The notes: generated by a model from the letters alone, not told the origin. Positions 1 to 10,999 are shown, counted from the whole stretch's first letter. The stretch: DNA of 60,413 bases, filler included, from Basidioascus undulatus (GCA_000826855.1; 8 parts of 8 records of this genome joined end to end with filler, not necessarily neighbours in it); one strand, 5' to 3'. Translations and numbers: made by a program.

Positions 1-233
1 GCGGGGTCAAGCGTGGGAAGGCGGACGGGGGTGTACAGGTGTTCGGAGGTCGGGTCGACTGGAGGGCTGGGTAGAGGGAGGGACGAGAGGCGCGGGGGAA
101 GATAGAGGATTGGCTCGCGATGAGACCGGGAGGAAGAGAGGTCTGGAAGGTCGTGTACGTCTCGCTCCTTTGGTGCGGGTTTCGGCAGAGCGTGGGCGGG
201 CACGAGCGGTGCGGCGGGACGGACGGCGACCAT
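1..233 (-). CDS. N-terminal part of a UPF0643-like conserved fungal protein (runs off the contig end)
   Basis: ATG at 233; the frame is open to the window edge: MVAVRPAAPLVP...EPILYLPPRLSSLP...VRLPTLDP. This matches the recalled basidiomycete UPF0643 N-terminal motifs LYLPPxLSSLP and LPxxDP. Confidence 0.6.
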   Translation of the reverse strand, partial: MVAVRPAAPLVPAHALPKPAPKERDVHDLPDLSSSRSHREPILYLPPRLSSLPLPSPPVDPTSEHLYTPVRLPTLDP

Positions 234-1339
234 GGTATGGGGCTTCGATGAAAATGCGGGGTATGTGGATTTAATCGGTATGCTACGATGAGCAAGAAGG
301 AGAAAAACGAAGGAAGTGAGCAAGATTCGTCGCGAAGGCCCTCGCCCGTATATGTCGCAGGAACATGGCGTGCTCGTGGCGTGATTGCTTGGCTACGATT
401 GACTCATTCTCATTCCCGGCTGATCGCCAATAAGCAAACAAATTTTTAGTGGCGGGGAATTTTATATTTGGTACTTGCGGACTTACAATTTACTGTCGAT
501 CCAACTCCAGACTTCCGACCGAAGACAAATTTTCACCCGAAGAGTAGCGTTCCTTGTTTCACGTTTGCTGACTAAGCTGCTTCTCTCGGCCGTTCGTTCT
601 CAAAACTTCGCTCCTGCCTGTATGCTTGAAGCCCAGTGGAACGTGCTTAATAGAACGTGAATGATAATGGTTCGCTATCGTTACGAATCTCATCATCAAT
701 CGCTTCATGGACACCAGCTTCACACAGCGAGGCTGACAATGAGATGCTGCCGCCTTGCCCAGGTTGACTTGGAAAGTCTCATGTTCGCAGCTTTTGTTCG
801 TCCCTGTCCTAATGGCTTCGATAGTCGTCCAAATTGCATTTGAACTGCATGAAAAGTAAAATATTACTGCCAACCCCTCCAGTCACCTGTACATCGGCGC
901 CGTCAAACTGAGTTACGCCGGAAGGCAGCCGCTCACTCTTCGCCGATGAAGCTCACATCCTCTTGCGCCCGTATTTCCGGCCCTGAAGCCCCTGCAGCAC
1001 AGCAAAAATATTCATGTCGACGAGACTCCTCGCATTTCACTTTGGTGCGTTCCGCTCAGAAGAGTCATTGGGGCGCGAGCAAAAACGCCGCGTCGTCGTA
1101 GCAACGTCAGATTCTGTGGCGGTGGAGAAGATCCTCGTTTCGTCGTACGCTGCCCCAGCCGATAAAATGCGTGTCAATACGACGCGGCATCCTTCTCAAT
1201 TTCCTCGACTCTCTTCCTTATCATAGCGGACAAGTTCGCCGGCCGAACCACCTACACTTCTTATCACACGCTACCTTCCGCCGGTCGGACCCACTCATAT
1301 CTCTCGATCATCTACTGCACTCCGCATCTTCTTCCTGCA

Positions 1340-2193
1340 ATGTTCGGCAAGACCGCTCTCGGTGCGCTCCCTTCGTCTCTTTCGTTGAGGCCCACGGGGT
1401 CTTGACCGCGATATCAGGTATGTTTTGTGCGGGGACAGGGAAGGAGGAGATCGGACTGACAGCTGGAAGGCTTCAATAGCGTCAAGGGCCCGGCTTTCGC
1501 TCTGCAAGACGACGTGCGTCTTAAACCCTTCACCGCCTAGTTCCGTATCCCCTTGTCCCTCGACGAACTGACTGGCATACGGCCTCTCCTCCAGACCAGC
1601 CGCACGGAAACCAATAGGGCCGCGCAGGCCGACTCGTCCATGTGCGTTTCCTCTTCCCTTTCCTGAGGTATGAAAGAGGGACTGAGGGGAGATGCCAGAT
1701 TAGTCTCAGGGACGCGGTCGGCCGCGGCGAGACCAAGGCTGGCGGAGACATCCAGCAGGAGGTCGCGAAGTCGCTCGCTGCCAACGGCGGCGAACTACCC
1801 ACGCCCAACGCTCAGAACCAGGTCAGTATGTTCATATGGCATTCTTCGTTCGAGGCTGTCTGACTGGGTCCACGGCGGGGGTTAGTTGGAGATGACGCTC
1901 AACCAGGTCAACGGCGACGGCGCCGGTGCGTCTTTCCTTTGTTTCTCCTATCATCGCTGTCTTAACTTGCTCACTGTGTAACGTACCTCCCGGCAGGACC
2001 CTACACCGTCCGCGTCGATACGACCGGCATCGGCAACAGCTCCCAGGAGGTCGATACGTACGCAAGTCCCCGGAGAGCGGGTACGTCCTTCTTCGAACGC
2101 AGACAGCTGCGCCTTAACGACCACTGGCTCACATTTCTCCCGGGCGGAACACGCAAGGGGTACAGGTGGTTCTGATGCACGGTTCATGGGTTG
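1340..2193 (+). pseudogene. Degenerate Egh16/GAS1-like (DUF3129) secreted protein gene
   Basis: Spliced exons give MFGKTAL..., ...GGELPTP..., EMTLNQVNGDGA|GPYTVRVDTTG (family motif MTLHQVNGDGAGPY). The TQVPG motif sits in another frame after ~2059, conserved Cys residues are missing, and the C-terminal Cys-rich half is not recognisable. Confidence 0.7.
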
Positions 2194-2544
2194 ATGTTTT
2201 GCTTGTACAATTCTTGCTTGCTTGATTGTATTTTGGTTCCGAGTCCACCTTCTCCGGGGCTGCTAGCGCCCTTTGCTCAGATAATCAGCTGGTCGTTGGC
2301 TGTCTACCAAGTGAATAAGGCATTGCGAAAGCTCATTTCTTCGGTCTGCAGAATTTTTGCCTTCAGACATAAATTTACTATCATACTGTATCTGCTCTGC
2401 GGGCTTTTAATCAGTCCCGTCTGTAGGACTTGGTGTAGTTAAGTCATGACGCAACGAATATTGGTCCCGCATGCTCGAAGGCCGGCACCTCCTCGGTGCT
2501 CTTCCTGAAGCTTGCCCAGTCACCCCTACAGTTTTGCACACATT

Positions 2545-3379
2545 ATGTCATCTGACCACAAAACGAGCATGAACGGCACCGCCTTCGCAGTCCATTCCTG
2601 TGCGACGCACCGCTCTCCTGCGGACGATAGCCGCGTGCGCCTCGTCATTCTCGGCTACCTCACTATGTTTTTCGAGAGCTACGCACGGAGGACGCAGGTC
2701 CTCGAGATTCATTGGGAGTTCAAATATCGACTCCAGTGGACGCGGTACTTGAGACCGGCTTTGTATTTGCGGCGAGGTCGGAGCTGAGAAGGGAGCGCCG
2801 TAGGGGAAGGCCGAAAGCGGGTTGTGTCGAGCCGGGAGGGGGAGAGTCGGTCGAGGGTGGAGATGTAGGAGGGCTGGAGGCGTCATGTGGATCCAAGGGT
2901 CTGGTGAGATTGAAGGGATTCGAGCCGGTGATTGGGTCGGATGGGAGGTACGTCTCGGGGGTCTCTGTAGGGACGGCGAGCTGACCACTGCGTGTGTATT
3001 CAGGTCCCTCACCCTCAGGTGGTTGACCACCTCTAGTAGATCCCTCCCATTCGGGCAGCAGCTAGCGATGCTAATCCTAAAATACCGCCCAACCCCTGCC
3101 GCACCCGCCCCTACTCTCTCCTCCGCGTCCTCTCTGGCTTTCCCCTCCACACCTTCTTCATCCGCATCACATACCTCCGGTGCCGACCACAAATGGTCGG
3201 GCCTCGACCCCTCGGACTTCTGGGAGTTTTCGATGACTTGCACGCGCTTCGACGTAGCGCGGGGGAGCCGCCTCGGCGCGCTGAGCCGCTCGAGGAAGGG
3301 CAGTCCGGAAACACCTTTCGGCGAGAAGTCGGCGAAGATGCCCGAGATTTCCCTTCGGATTTACAATCATATTTTATGA
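2545..3379 (+). CDS. Hypothetical protein, 3 exons, no recognised family
   Basis: Removing GT-AG introns at ~2746-2803 and ~2948-3003 (both with GCTGA branch-like sites) joins three ORF pieces in frame, from MSSDHKTSMNG to ...RIYNHIL*. Confidence 0.45.
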
Positions 3380-4244
3380 GGGAAGTTAGGGAACGGCACA
3401 GGGTGGGCGGGGAGGAAGTGGCGGGCACCGGAGGGGCGGTAAAGCGATTGTAGGCTCCAGCAGGCAAGGAGAGGCTGAAGGTTTCATGTAATTGAACGCC
3501 TCGACTGAATGATCATAAAGCTATCAAACTCTCTCAATGTTTTGCCATGCTTCACAAAACTTAACCTAATCCAAAACACGGCGAAACAGAAACGTTGAAG
3601 CAGGTGGACTGCCGTTTCTCTCAGTCTTTTGTGCAAGGATGGCCCCAGCCCTGATCTCGTGACATTGTTAAACTCTGATTCCATGTAAGCTTTTGAAAAC
3701 AACCCAACCAGTAAACGCACAGCCACGCGAATGTGTGTACTTGGGATGGAGACGCTGGCGATCGGCGTGACCGCCGCAGTGCGCACGGAAAACTCAGCAC
3801 TCCGTTTCTTTCCCCGGGTGGAATTTATCCTGGGCCGGGCTTAATGAGGTACAGTAATGCGCTCTAACACTTTATATCTTCAGAGTCTTTCATAACGCCT
3901 GTGCCACGCTGAAGGAGATGCTGCAGGTGGCACGACTGCAAGCGGACTGTACAGGTCTTTCCCGTTCTGTGCTCCAACACAGCCTCGCACACCTCTTTAA
4001 CCGCCCGCTGACCCTCTTTTTACCTCAGACCACTCAAATGATGTGGATTATTTCACAAAGAGCGCGAGGTTTCAACAGCATCATTCTGCCCTTTCACATC
4101 AGCCGAATTTGTCCTCCTCACTCACTCAAGCATGTGCGCCGACTCAGCCGTGCCTGTGCCGAGCGCCGTGCCGGCAGCTTGCAATGGAGCTCGCAGATGA
4201 ACCACTCCCTCCTCCCTGCCTCTCATCCTTCTGTTCTCAAACCC

Positions 4245-4845
4245 ATGCCCCTTGCTACTCGCAACTTGATCTACACCTTGCGAAACGCCTCCCGCACCCC
4301 GACTTCTCTCTCATTCTCCGCACGGTTGAGCTCGACGATGGTGGGGCAGACAAACCAGCAGGCGGAGGAGCGGGCGTGGGATCGGGTGCGTGGCGTCGGA
4401 GCAGGGGGAAGGGGGAGAGGGAGGTGGTACTGATGCGGGGTTGGGAGGTAGATGGCCACGGGCATGGAGAGGTTCCATTCGTACTTCCGGTCGGAGTACA
4501 AGGAGATCTACCAATGTGCGTCTGGAGAAACTTGAGTTGGTGGCTCTGAGGTGCTGATGCTGAGGGGATGGTGGGGTAGTTGCGGATAAGTATGAGCGCC
4601 TGGGGATGACGCTCCCTTCGTTCTTGGGGCTGGCCATGGAGCTGGCACATCATTTGGAGACGCATCACACCATTGAGGAGGTGCGTCGGCGGCGAGCTCA
4701 TTGAAGGACTGCGCTGGGACGCGTAAGGCTGATGAGGACGGAGGGGAAGTACAGCGCTTCATTTTCCCCATCCTCGCAAAGAAGATGCGTGAGTTCCACG
4801 AGAAAGACGGGGACCACCTAATAATGCACAAGGCAATCCACGACG
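4245..4845 (+). CDS. Hemerythrin/HHE cation-binding domain protein, 3' end truncated by the contig end
   Basis: Spliced product: MVGQTNQQAEERAWDR|MATGMERFHSYFRSEYKEIYQ|FADKYERLGMTLPSFLGLAMELAHHLETHHTIEE|RFIFPILAKKM...HLIMHKAIHD. It has the HHxxEE..FP and HxxxH hemerythrin motifs and three canonical GTGCGT introns. In-frame ATGs at 4245 and 4338. Confidence 0.85.
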
Positions 4846-4868
4846 GCACGTCCCCCTCGCCCCTCGCC

Positions 4869-4968
4869 NNNNNNNNNNNNNNNNNNNNNNNNNNNNNNNN
4901 NNNNNNNNNNNNTTAATTAATTAANNNNNNNNNNNNNNNNNNNNNNNNNNNNNNNNNNNNNNNNNNNN
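4869..4968. other. Artificial contig-joining spacer
   Basis: N44-TTAATTAATTAA-N44 (stops in all six frames); identical at all 7 junctions. Confidence 0.98.
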
Positions 4969-5049
4969 GCGCTGGTGGTTCAACGGCTAGAATCTTTGCC
5001 TTCCACTTGGCGGCAGCAAAGGACCCGGGTTCGACTCCCGGCCAGCGCA
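4969..5049 (+). tRNA. tRNA-Gly(TCC) with a 9-nt intron
   Basis: Cloverleaf: acceptor GCGCTGG/CCAGCGC, D-arm GTTC/GAAT, anticodon stem TTTGC/GCAAA with loop CT-TCC-A[CTTGGCGGC]A, T-arm CCGGG-TTCGACT-CCCGG. Followed by a TTTTT Pol III terminator at 5051-5055. Confidence 0.93.
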
Positions 5050-5475
5050 GTTTTTCTCCTGACAGTTTCTTTTGTTTTGTCTGATTTTATTAATATATCA
5101 TATTTATGTAGCCTTTCAACACAGTGTAATGCTCAAATCCTTGTTGTAGCTGACCATATCAGTGGTAAAGCCCCCACTACCACCTGGGGTTAGGAATCTC
5201 ATGCAGATTGTGCCCAACTTGGAAGTCCCACCAGCCTGACACTCACAATATCATTGCTCCAGTGATGCAGCCACTCTAATGGTGCTTGCATGCATGAGGA
5301 AAGGTATCATCCTCAGTTGTGGTCTGGCGTGTTCTTGCATGTGCATGTCAGTAGGACTGAACCAACCACAAAATGCACGGTTGGACAGGCGTATCAGGTA
5401 GGTATTGTCATACTAGGGATTAAAGTCTTGGCTCAAATAAAGCAAGAACAAAAGTCTGGAGTCAAATAAACAAAA

Positions 5476-5556
5476 TGCGCTGGCCGGGAGTCGAACCCGG
5501 GTCCTTTGCTGCCGCCAAGTGGAAGGCAAAGATTCTAGCCGTTGAACCACCAGCGC
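5476..5556 (-). tRNA. tRNA-Gly(TCC) with a 9-nt intron, second identical copy in inverted orientation
   Basis: Exact reverse complement of 4969-5049; followed on the minus strand by TTTTGTTT. Confidence 0.93.
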
Positions 5557-6887
5557 TTGTTGATGAACTTTATTTGCTGCCTTCCTGAAGACCCATGCTG
5601 TGAAAACGCTTTACCGATGCTGCAGAACAATGATGCACAAGTGCCAAGCCTTGGGCCGAGCTCTCGTCCGTACAAGGATTGCCTTGGAAGGCCGCTTCCA
5701 GTGAGCCGACATGGACATAGAGCGACCATCAAGTCTCCGAATGTGGACGGGGTTGGGACCGCTCGCCGGGCAGGCTGGATTGTGTCACTGGCGCAATTGG
5801 CTGCAAGTTGGTGCAGTCGGTGTTGAGTTATACATGTAGACTGCATAAATAATGCGGTTTACTGAGAGACTGCCAGATCAAGTTGCACCAGGGCATGCTG
5901 TTCCCGGTGATGGCTTGTGCTCACGGCAAGCTCCCGTCGCGCATGAGCCTTTCGGGCCCTAGTCACTGGTGTGTAGAGAGGACGAAGCTTCAGACTCAGA
6001 TGAATGCCTAAGGAACACTGCATTTTGCTTGTGGAAGCCCTATCTCTCTATAACTTTACAACTCACAGCTTCATTGGGTGGGTCTCAGCTTCGGTATCAT
6101 CACTGTGAGGCTTCTTTTGATATTCTCGTGACAAGGCCGAAAAATGAACGGCTTGACGGAGGAAATGGTACCGACGTAAAACCGTACAACATGTGCACCC
6201 TCTCGTACAGACCTCTTTACTGTAGCACTTCACCATGTGGTCTGGAGTGGCACCGCTGCCGCTTGCAGGTGTGGCCTTTCTTTCAATGCTGGAAGACTTC
6301 AGGTACACATTTATAACCGAATGTCTTCATTTGTTAGTTATGAGGCAGTTCGTTTGTGTCTGCTCGAGGCGCATCGACGTGCTCACCGGGAGGGTCCGGC
6401 CGCGGCCGCAACGGCTGCTGCAGAGACTTACTCACTTTGACCGCTCGGTCCTCAACTATGTCAAATAGTTACTGCAGCAACAAGAAACTGGATTCACTGG
6501 ATATGTTTTCCCATCCGGCCGTTCAATTGCATCGTCGGACGAGGTGTGCGTACTTCACATCGAAAGTGAACGCATGGCCGTCATGCCTTCTCGTCGTAGC
6601 CGACGCTATGACGCTTTACCCCTGTCTTCCATAAGGTGTATTCATACTTGAACATCTTTCATTAGTTTGCGCTATATTCAGGTAACTTCGTAAAGTGGCA
6701 GAGGGAGGTCAAGATGGGATCGGAACCGGAAGAGATCGAGTTACGGTTGACAATTGTAAATGGCGAATGTGGGAATACACGCAGGGCGTTATGTCCGACG
6801 CAAGCAGGCAAAAAGCTGTCTCGCCTGCTCATTGTGTTCCTCACCTTTGGTCCCCGCCCTTCTCGAGCTTCAAGACCGTCGATCAAA

Positions 6888-8307
6888 ATGGTCAGCGCCC
6901 AGTCCCGTCACATCCACGCCCACACGGCATCCCGGCGCTCTCTCCATCCTCCCAGCTGAGTGCGGCCGCATCCACGCCGCCATGGCCGTGTTCTCTGCGG
7001 TCGTGCGACGACGCACACCACACGATGGCTGGGTCCGCCTACTCACTCCTCAAGGGGGGTGCGGCGGACCGTTAGAGCTCCGAGATTGCTTGCAGGCCTT
7101 CTCGTCTCAATGACAGCCTTACTGACGCCTCATCCCGCTCTTCGCCCGTTCACCCCGTCTAGCCCAAGGCCAAGTCTGGATCCGGCAAGAAGCCCGCGGC
7201 TGCACCCTACTCCAAGGGCAAGGCGACCAAGAAGGTCACCAACCCGCTCTTTGAGGCGACCCCCAAGTCCTTCGGCATCGGTGCGTTGCTCGTGTTTTTT
7301 CTCTGGGCAGGCGGCGGAGGGCGTGGCCGGTTTTGTCTGGGTCGTACTGACGACTTCTCCCTCCCTTCTTCCCCCCTTTCTTCACCCCCGTCCCCAGGCC
7401 AGGACATCCGCCCCAAGACGGACCTGACCCGCTTCGTCAAGTGGCCGGAGTACGTTCGCCTTCAGCGCCAGAAGGTGATCCTCAACCAGCGCCTCAAGGT
7501 CCCGCCCGCGATCGCCCAGTTCTCGCACACCCTCGACAAGAATACCGCGACGAACCTGTTCAAGCTCCTGAACAAGTACCGCCCCGAGTCCAAGGTCGAG
7601 AAGCGCACCCGTCTCGCCGCTGAGGCCGCCGCCAAGGCCGAGGGCAACACGGCCGCGAAGGATGAGAAGCCCGTCTTCGTCAAGTACGGTCTCAACCACG
7701 TCGTGGCTGTGTGTTGCCTTCTTTTTTCGTGCTCACCTTCATCTTTGCAACCAGCGAGACTGACTTCATCTGCCTTGCCTCCCCCTCAGCTCGTCGAGGC
7801 CAAGAAGGCCAACCTCGTCGTCATTGCTGACGACGTTGACCCGATCGAGCTCGTCATCTTCCTGCCCGCGCTGTGCCGCAAGTTCGGCATCCCGTACGTC
7901 ATCGTCAAGGGCAAGGCCCGCCTCGGTGCCGTCGTCCACAAGAAGACCGCCGCCGTCCTCGCCGTCCAGGACGTCAAGTCCGAGGACCAGTCCTCGCTTG
8001 CGACCCTCGTCTCGGCTGCCAAGGCCAACTACCTGGAGAAGGTACGTCTGCGACTGAGTGACTCTCTTCCTGCATCAGCACCTGACGCCCGTTCTTCCCG
8101 TCATCCAGTACGAGCAGCACCGGCGCCAGTGGGGCGGTGGTGTCCGCGGCAACAAGTCGGTCGACAAGCTCGCCAAGCGCGCCAAGGCGGTTCGTCTTTC
8201 CGTTTCCCTCGTATCATCTTCACTACCACGCAATGGGTCGCTTACATCTCTTTCTTCATCCACTGTAGGCCGGCCAGAACCCCGCCACCGTCTCCACCAC
8301 CCTCTAA
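6888..8307 (+). CDS. RPL8: 60S ribosomal protein eL8 (L7a/L8)
   Basis: Exons: 6888-6890 (ATG only), 7163-7280, 7398-7708, 7790-8041, 8109-8189, 8269-8307. Product contains [39 protein letters not shown] and [17 protein letters not shown]. Confidence 0.97.
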
Positions 8308-9477
8308 GCGCGCTAAGCGGCGGTCTTGCCAGTGGTTTGATGGTCGATGTGATGTCTGGTCTATGCTCCATGAGATGTATGTCTTCGCAAGCATTATCGT
8401 GTCTGTCGGGGACATGCATGGGGACGGTTGTTGTAAGAGAAGTGACGCTGCAAGCAATCGCATAACATGCTGTTGCCGTAGTCTGTTGGGCTCTGCCGAG
8501 TGCGGGAACAAGTTCAGACTTGAATTGGTGGCGGTATTGACATGAATGACCGAGGACGAGTCTCGACGGCGTGCGTTCTGCCTCGGATGAGTACGGCAGC
8601 GCGATTCCGCTGTGGCTGCGCATTCTTCGGAAGACGGAACCGGATGCTGAGGCTGTCACAAATACGTGTATGGCTCGAGGGGTCTCACAGCTGTACACTC
8701 GAGGGCCTGAGGCCGCTCGCAGAAGCTCTACATCAAGTAGCTGTTCGCGTTCTACTGGACCCTCGGATGTAATTGACTTGGTCTGTAGACTGGATCCCGA
8801 GCACTGTCGGTCAGGCATATAAGAGCTCGCCATCTGACACTTACGGCAGCCATCTGAAGCCGGAAAATTCAACTGTGCTGTCTTACAGTATTCCAACGCA
8901 ACAAAAACTTAATCCAAGTCAACCGCAATTGGAAGTTTATTTGCAGACAGCTTGAAATCTGTAGGTGATAAGTGTTACTATGAAGGTCTGTTAAATCACT
9001 CGACTCTGCTCCCAGAGGCTCCCGGAGAAGATGTAGTTTTTTGAGACCTCGGTCACCGGGGACAGGAAGATCTGTGAGCTGGAATAGACGCCCGCTGGAA
9101 GCCGAGTCTTTGATACCTCAGGATGGTCGAAGCTTTATGCCCAACACTGTGCTTCTTTTGTTGTTGCGATGTCGTGAGGGCAGAGAAGGCAGAACGGGTG
9201 TCAGCTCTCGCGTGGCTGCAAGGACGCAGTGGCTTTCACAATACGCCTCTTCCGCGACTGCGAGCGTTTCTGTAGTCTCGCCTCCTACCCGCCGTTGCAG
9301 AGCAGGGACCAGATAAAAGGCCGGACAGGTTCGCTATTCAAACTCATCATCCCATCAGATCTCATCCTCCCTCCCATCCCATCTAATCACTCCCAATCCC
9401 TCACGCCTCCCCCCCCCAATACGCCAGTCAGTGCAACCACAGAAGAGAAACGGAGGAGAAGGCACCGCCAGCCCACC

Positions 9478-9785
9478 TAAAGTGCAAATCCGCCACCTGC
9501 AGGATCCTGAACTTCCCGTCCCGCCCGAACTCAAGGGGCGGAGCCGGGGCGGGCGCTGGTTCCCGTTCCCCATCCCACACCTTATCAGCTCCCCATTTCC
9601 CACTTCCCCTACCCTCACCCCACCCCCGGGAAGAAATTTTGGGACGCACCCGTGTACCCCTTCCGATAAGTCAACGCGACCGCCTCGCTCTTCCCCTTCA
9701 CCGCATCATGCGCATTCTCCCCCTCGACCCGAGAGAAGGACGGCCAGGCGGGGCCGGGGCCGTAGAGGACGTCGAGCTCGGTTAT
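9478..9785 (-). pseudogene. DCR2/SIA1-like calcineurin-like phosphoesterase fragment (5' end off contig; 3' part apparently absent)
   Basis: Exons encode ITELDVLYG...LTYRKGYT and PPLEFGRDGKFRILQVADLHF (first metallophosphoesterase motif DxH). No GD/GNHD motifs are recognisable downstream before RPL8. Confidence 0.6.
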
Positions 9786-9835
9786 CTGAGCGAGGCGAGA
9801 AGGGGGGAGGGGCGGAGTCGGAGCCGAGGAAGAAG

Positions 9836-9935
9836 NNNNNNNNNNNNNNNNNNNNNNNNNNNNNNNNNNNNNNNNNNNNTTAATTAATTAANNNNNNNNN
9901 NNNNNNNNNNNNNNNNNNNNNNNNNNNNNNNNNNN
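9836..9935. other. Artificial contig-joining spacer
   Basis: N44-TTAATTAATTAA-N44. Confidence 0.98.
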
Positions 9936-10049
9936 ATGATGTAAGGTAACATGATATCCAGGTAAACTAAGGTACGATCTCAGAGTCGACCGAAGCAGCG
10001 GGTCATTTAACGGGTGGCTTTGCGAAGTTGATGTGCCCCACGCGCAGCC

Positions 10050-10386
10050 TCAGCGAACTGTAGAGGCCGAGCCAGGCCGCATCTTGCGAGTAGTGTGTCG
10101 CAGAGCGAAGGGCTTACAACTCAAGCCCGTCGGCGGTGTCGCCTTGAGTGAATAGTTTGATGCTCACCTCCCATACCTTGCACACAAGCACGTTCGAGAG
10201 CTTGTCGGCAGCGGGAGCTCCGGACGCCGCAAGCTCGAGGATACGGTCAATCAGCTCAAGGGGGAGGTCGGGTATAAAAGCGATTGCGAGGTGTGGTGAT
10301 CTGGCGGGCTGGCTTTGCGGTGGTGAAATGGTGCAAGCGGAGAGCCGGGGGAACGTAGCGTTGGTGAGGGTGTGAGGTGAGGACAA
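10050..10386 (-). pseudogene. F-box-like gene fragment
   Basis: IPDLPLELIDRILELA...VLVCKVWE followed by a GTGAGC donor. No nearby in-frame ATG (the ORF starts at TTG), and the next exon stops after ~20 codons. Confidence 0.5.
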
Positions 10387-10999
10387 GAGTGCGCGGCGGC
10401 CGGGGTAATGGGACAGGGGACGTCCGGATGTTTCAGGCTCGTTCGAACAGTCCGACTCTTCGTTCGTCCTCTGTCGAAACAGGCGAGCACAGAGTATTGC
10501 ATGACTGTAGTGGTCCTTGTATCTCTAGGCTTGAAGGGCTTGAGTTGAAGGATTGCGGCGTCATGAGAGCAAATCGTGGCATACACCGTCACGGTGGGCT
10601 CTGTCTCTTGCAATCTAAGGGGGGAGCAAGGAAATCTTTACGAGATTTGATGCATGCGCTTCTTCTAAGACCGGTTCGACCCCAGGATTTGAATATAGGA
10701 TGCATTGCGAGGGGACAAAAAGCGGCTCACGCTCGGGTTCGCTTTCCGGGTTGCAGCTCTTGAAAGCTCTCGCTAAGAAGCATTCGTGGACCTAGATAAT
10801 CACCTACAAGGCCAACCTGTTGCTCTTATATTTCCAGCGCACATTTCACGCATCACATGAACGTACGAGGAGGTGTACGAGGCGGGCGGAGCAGCGGACA
10901 CAACGCTGTAGACCCACGCAGGTGAGCAACTTCTACTGTCTCACAAGTTCGACCATTGTTCCCTGCACATCTCATGCTAATATCCTCGTCATGAATCGC

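Noticed and set aside
4913..4924. Recurrent TTAATTAATTAA at ~4.95-kb periodicity, superficially like a repeat array or TTAA transposon target
   Set aside because: Always embedded in N44 flanks; it is an artificial six-frame stop linker.
5000..5025. tRNA-Gly intron TGGC as a trace of an ancestral GCC anticodon
   Set aside because: The pairing register needed conflicts with the canonical anticodon-intron pair, and 9 nt is too little evidence.
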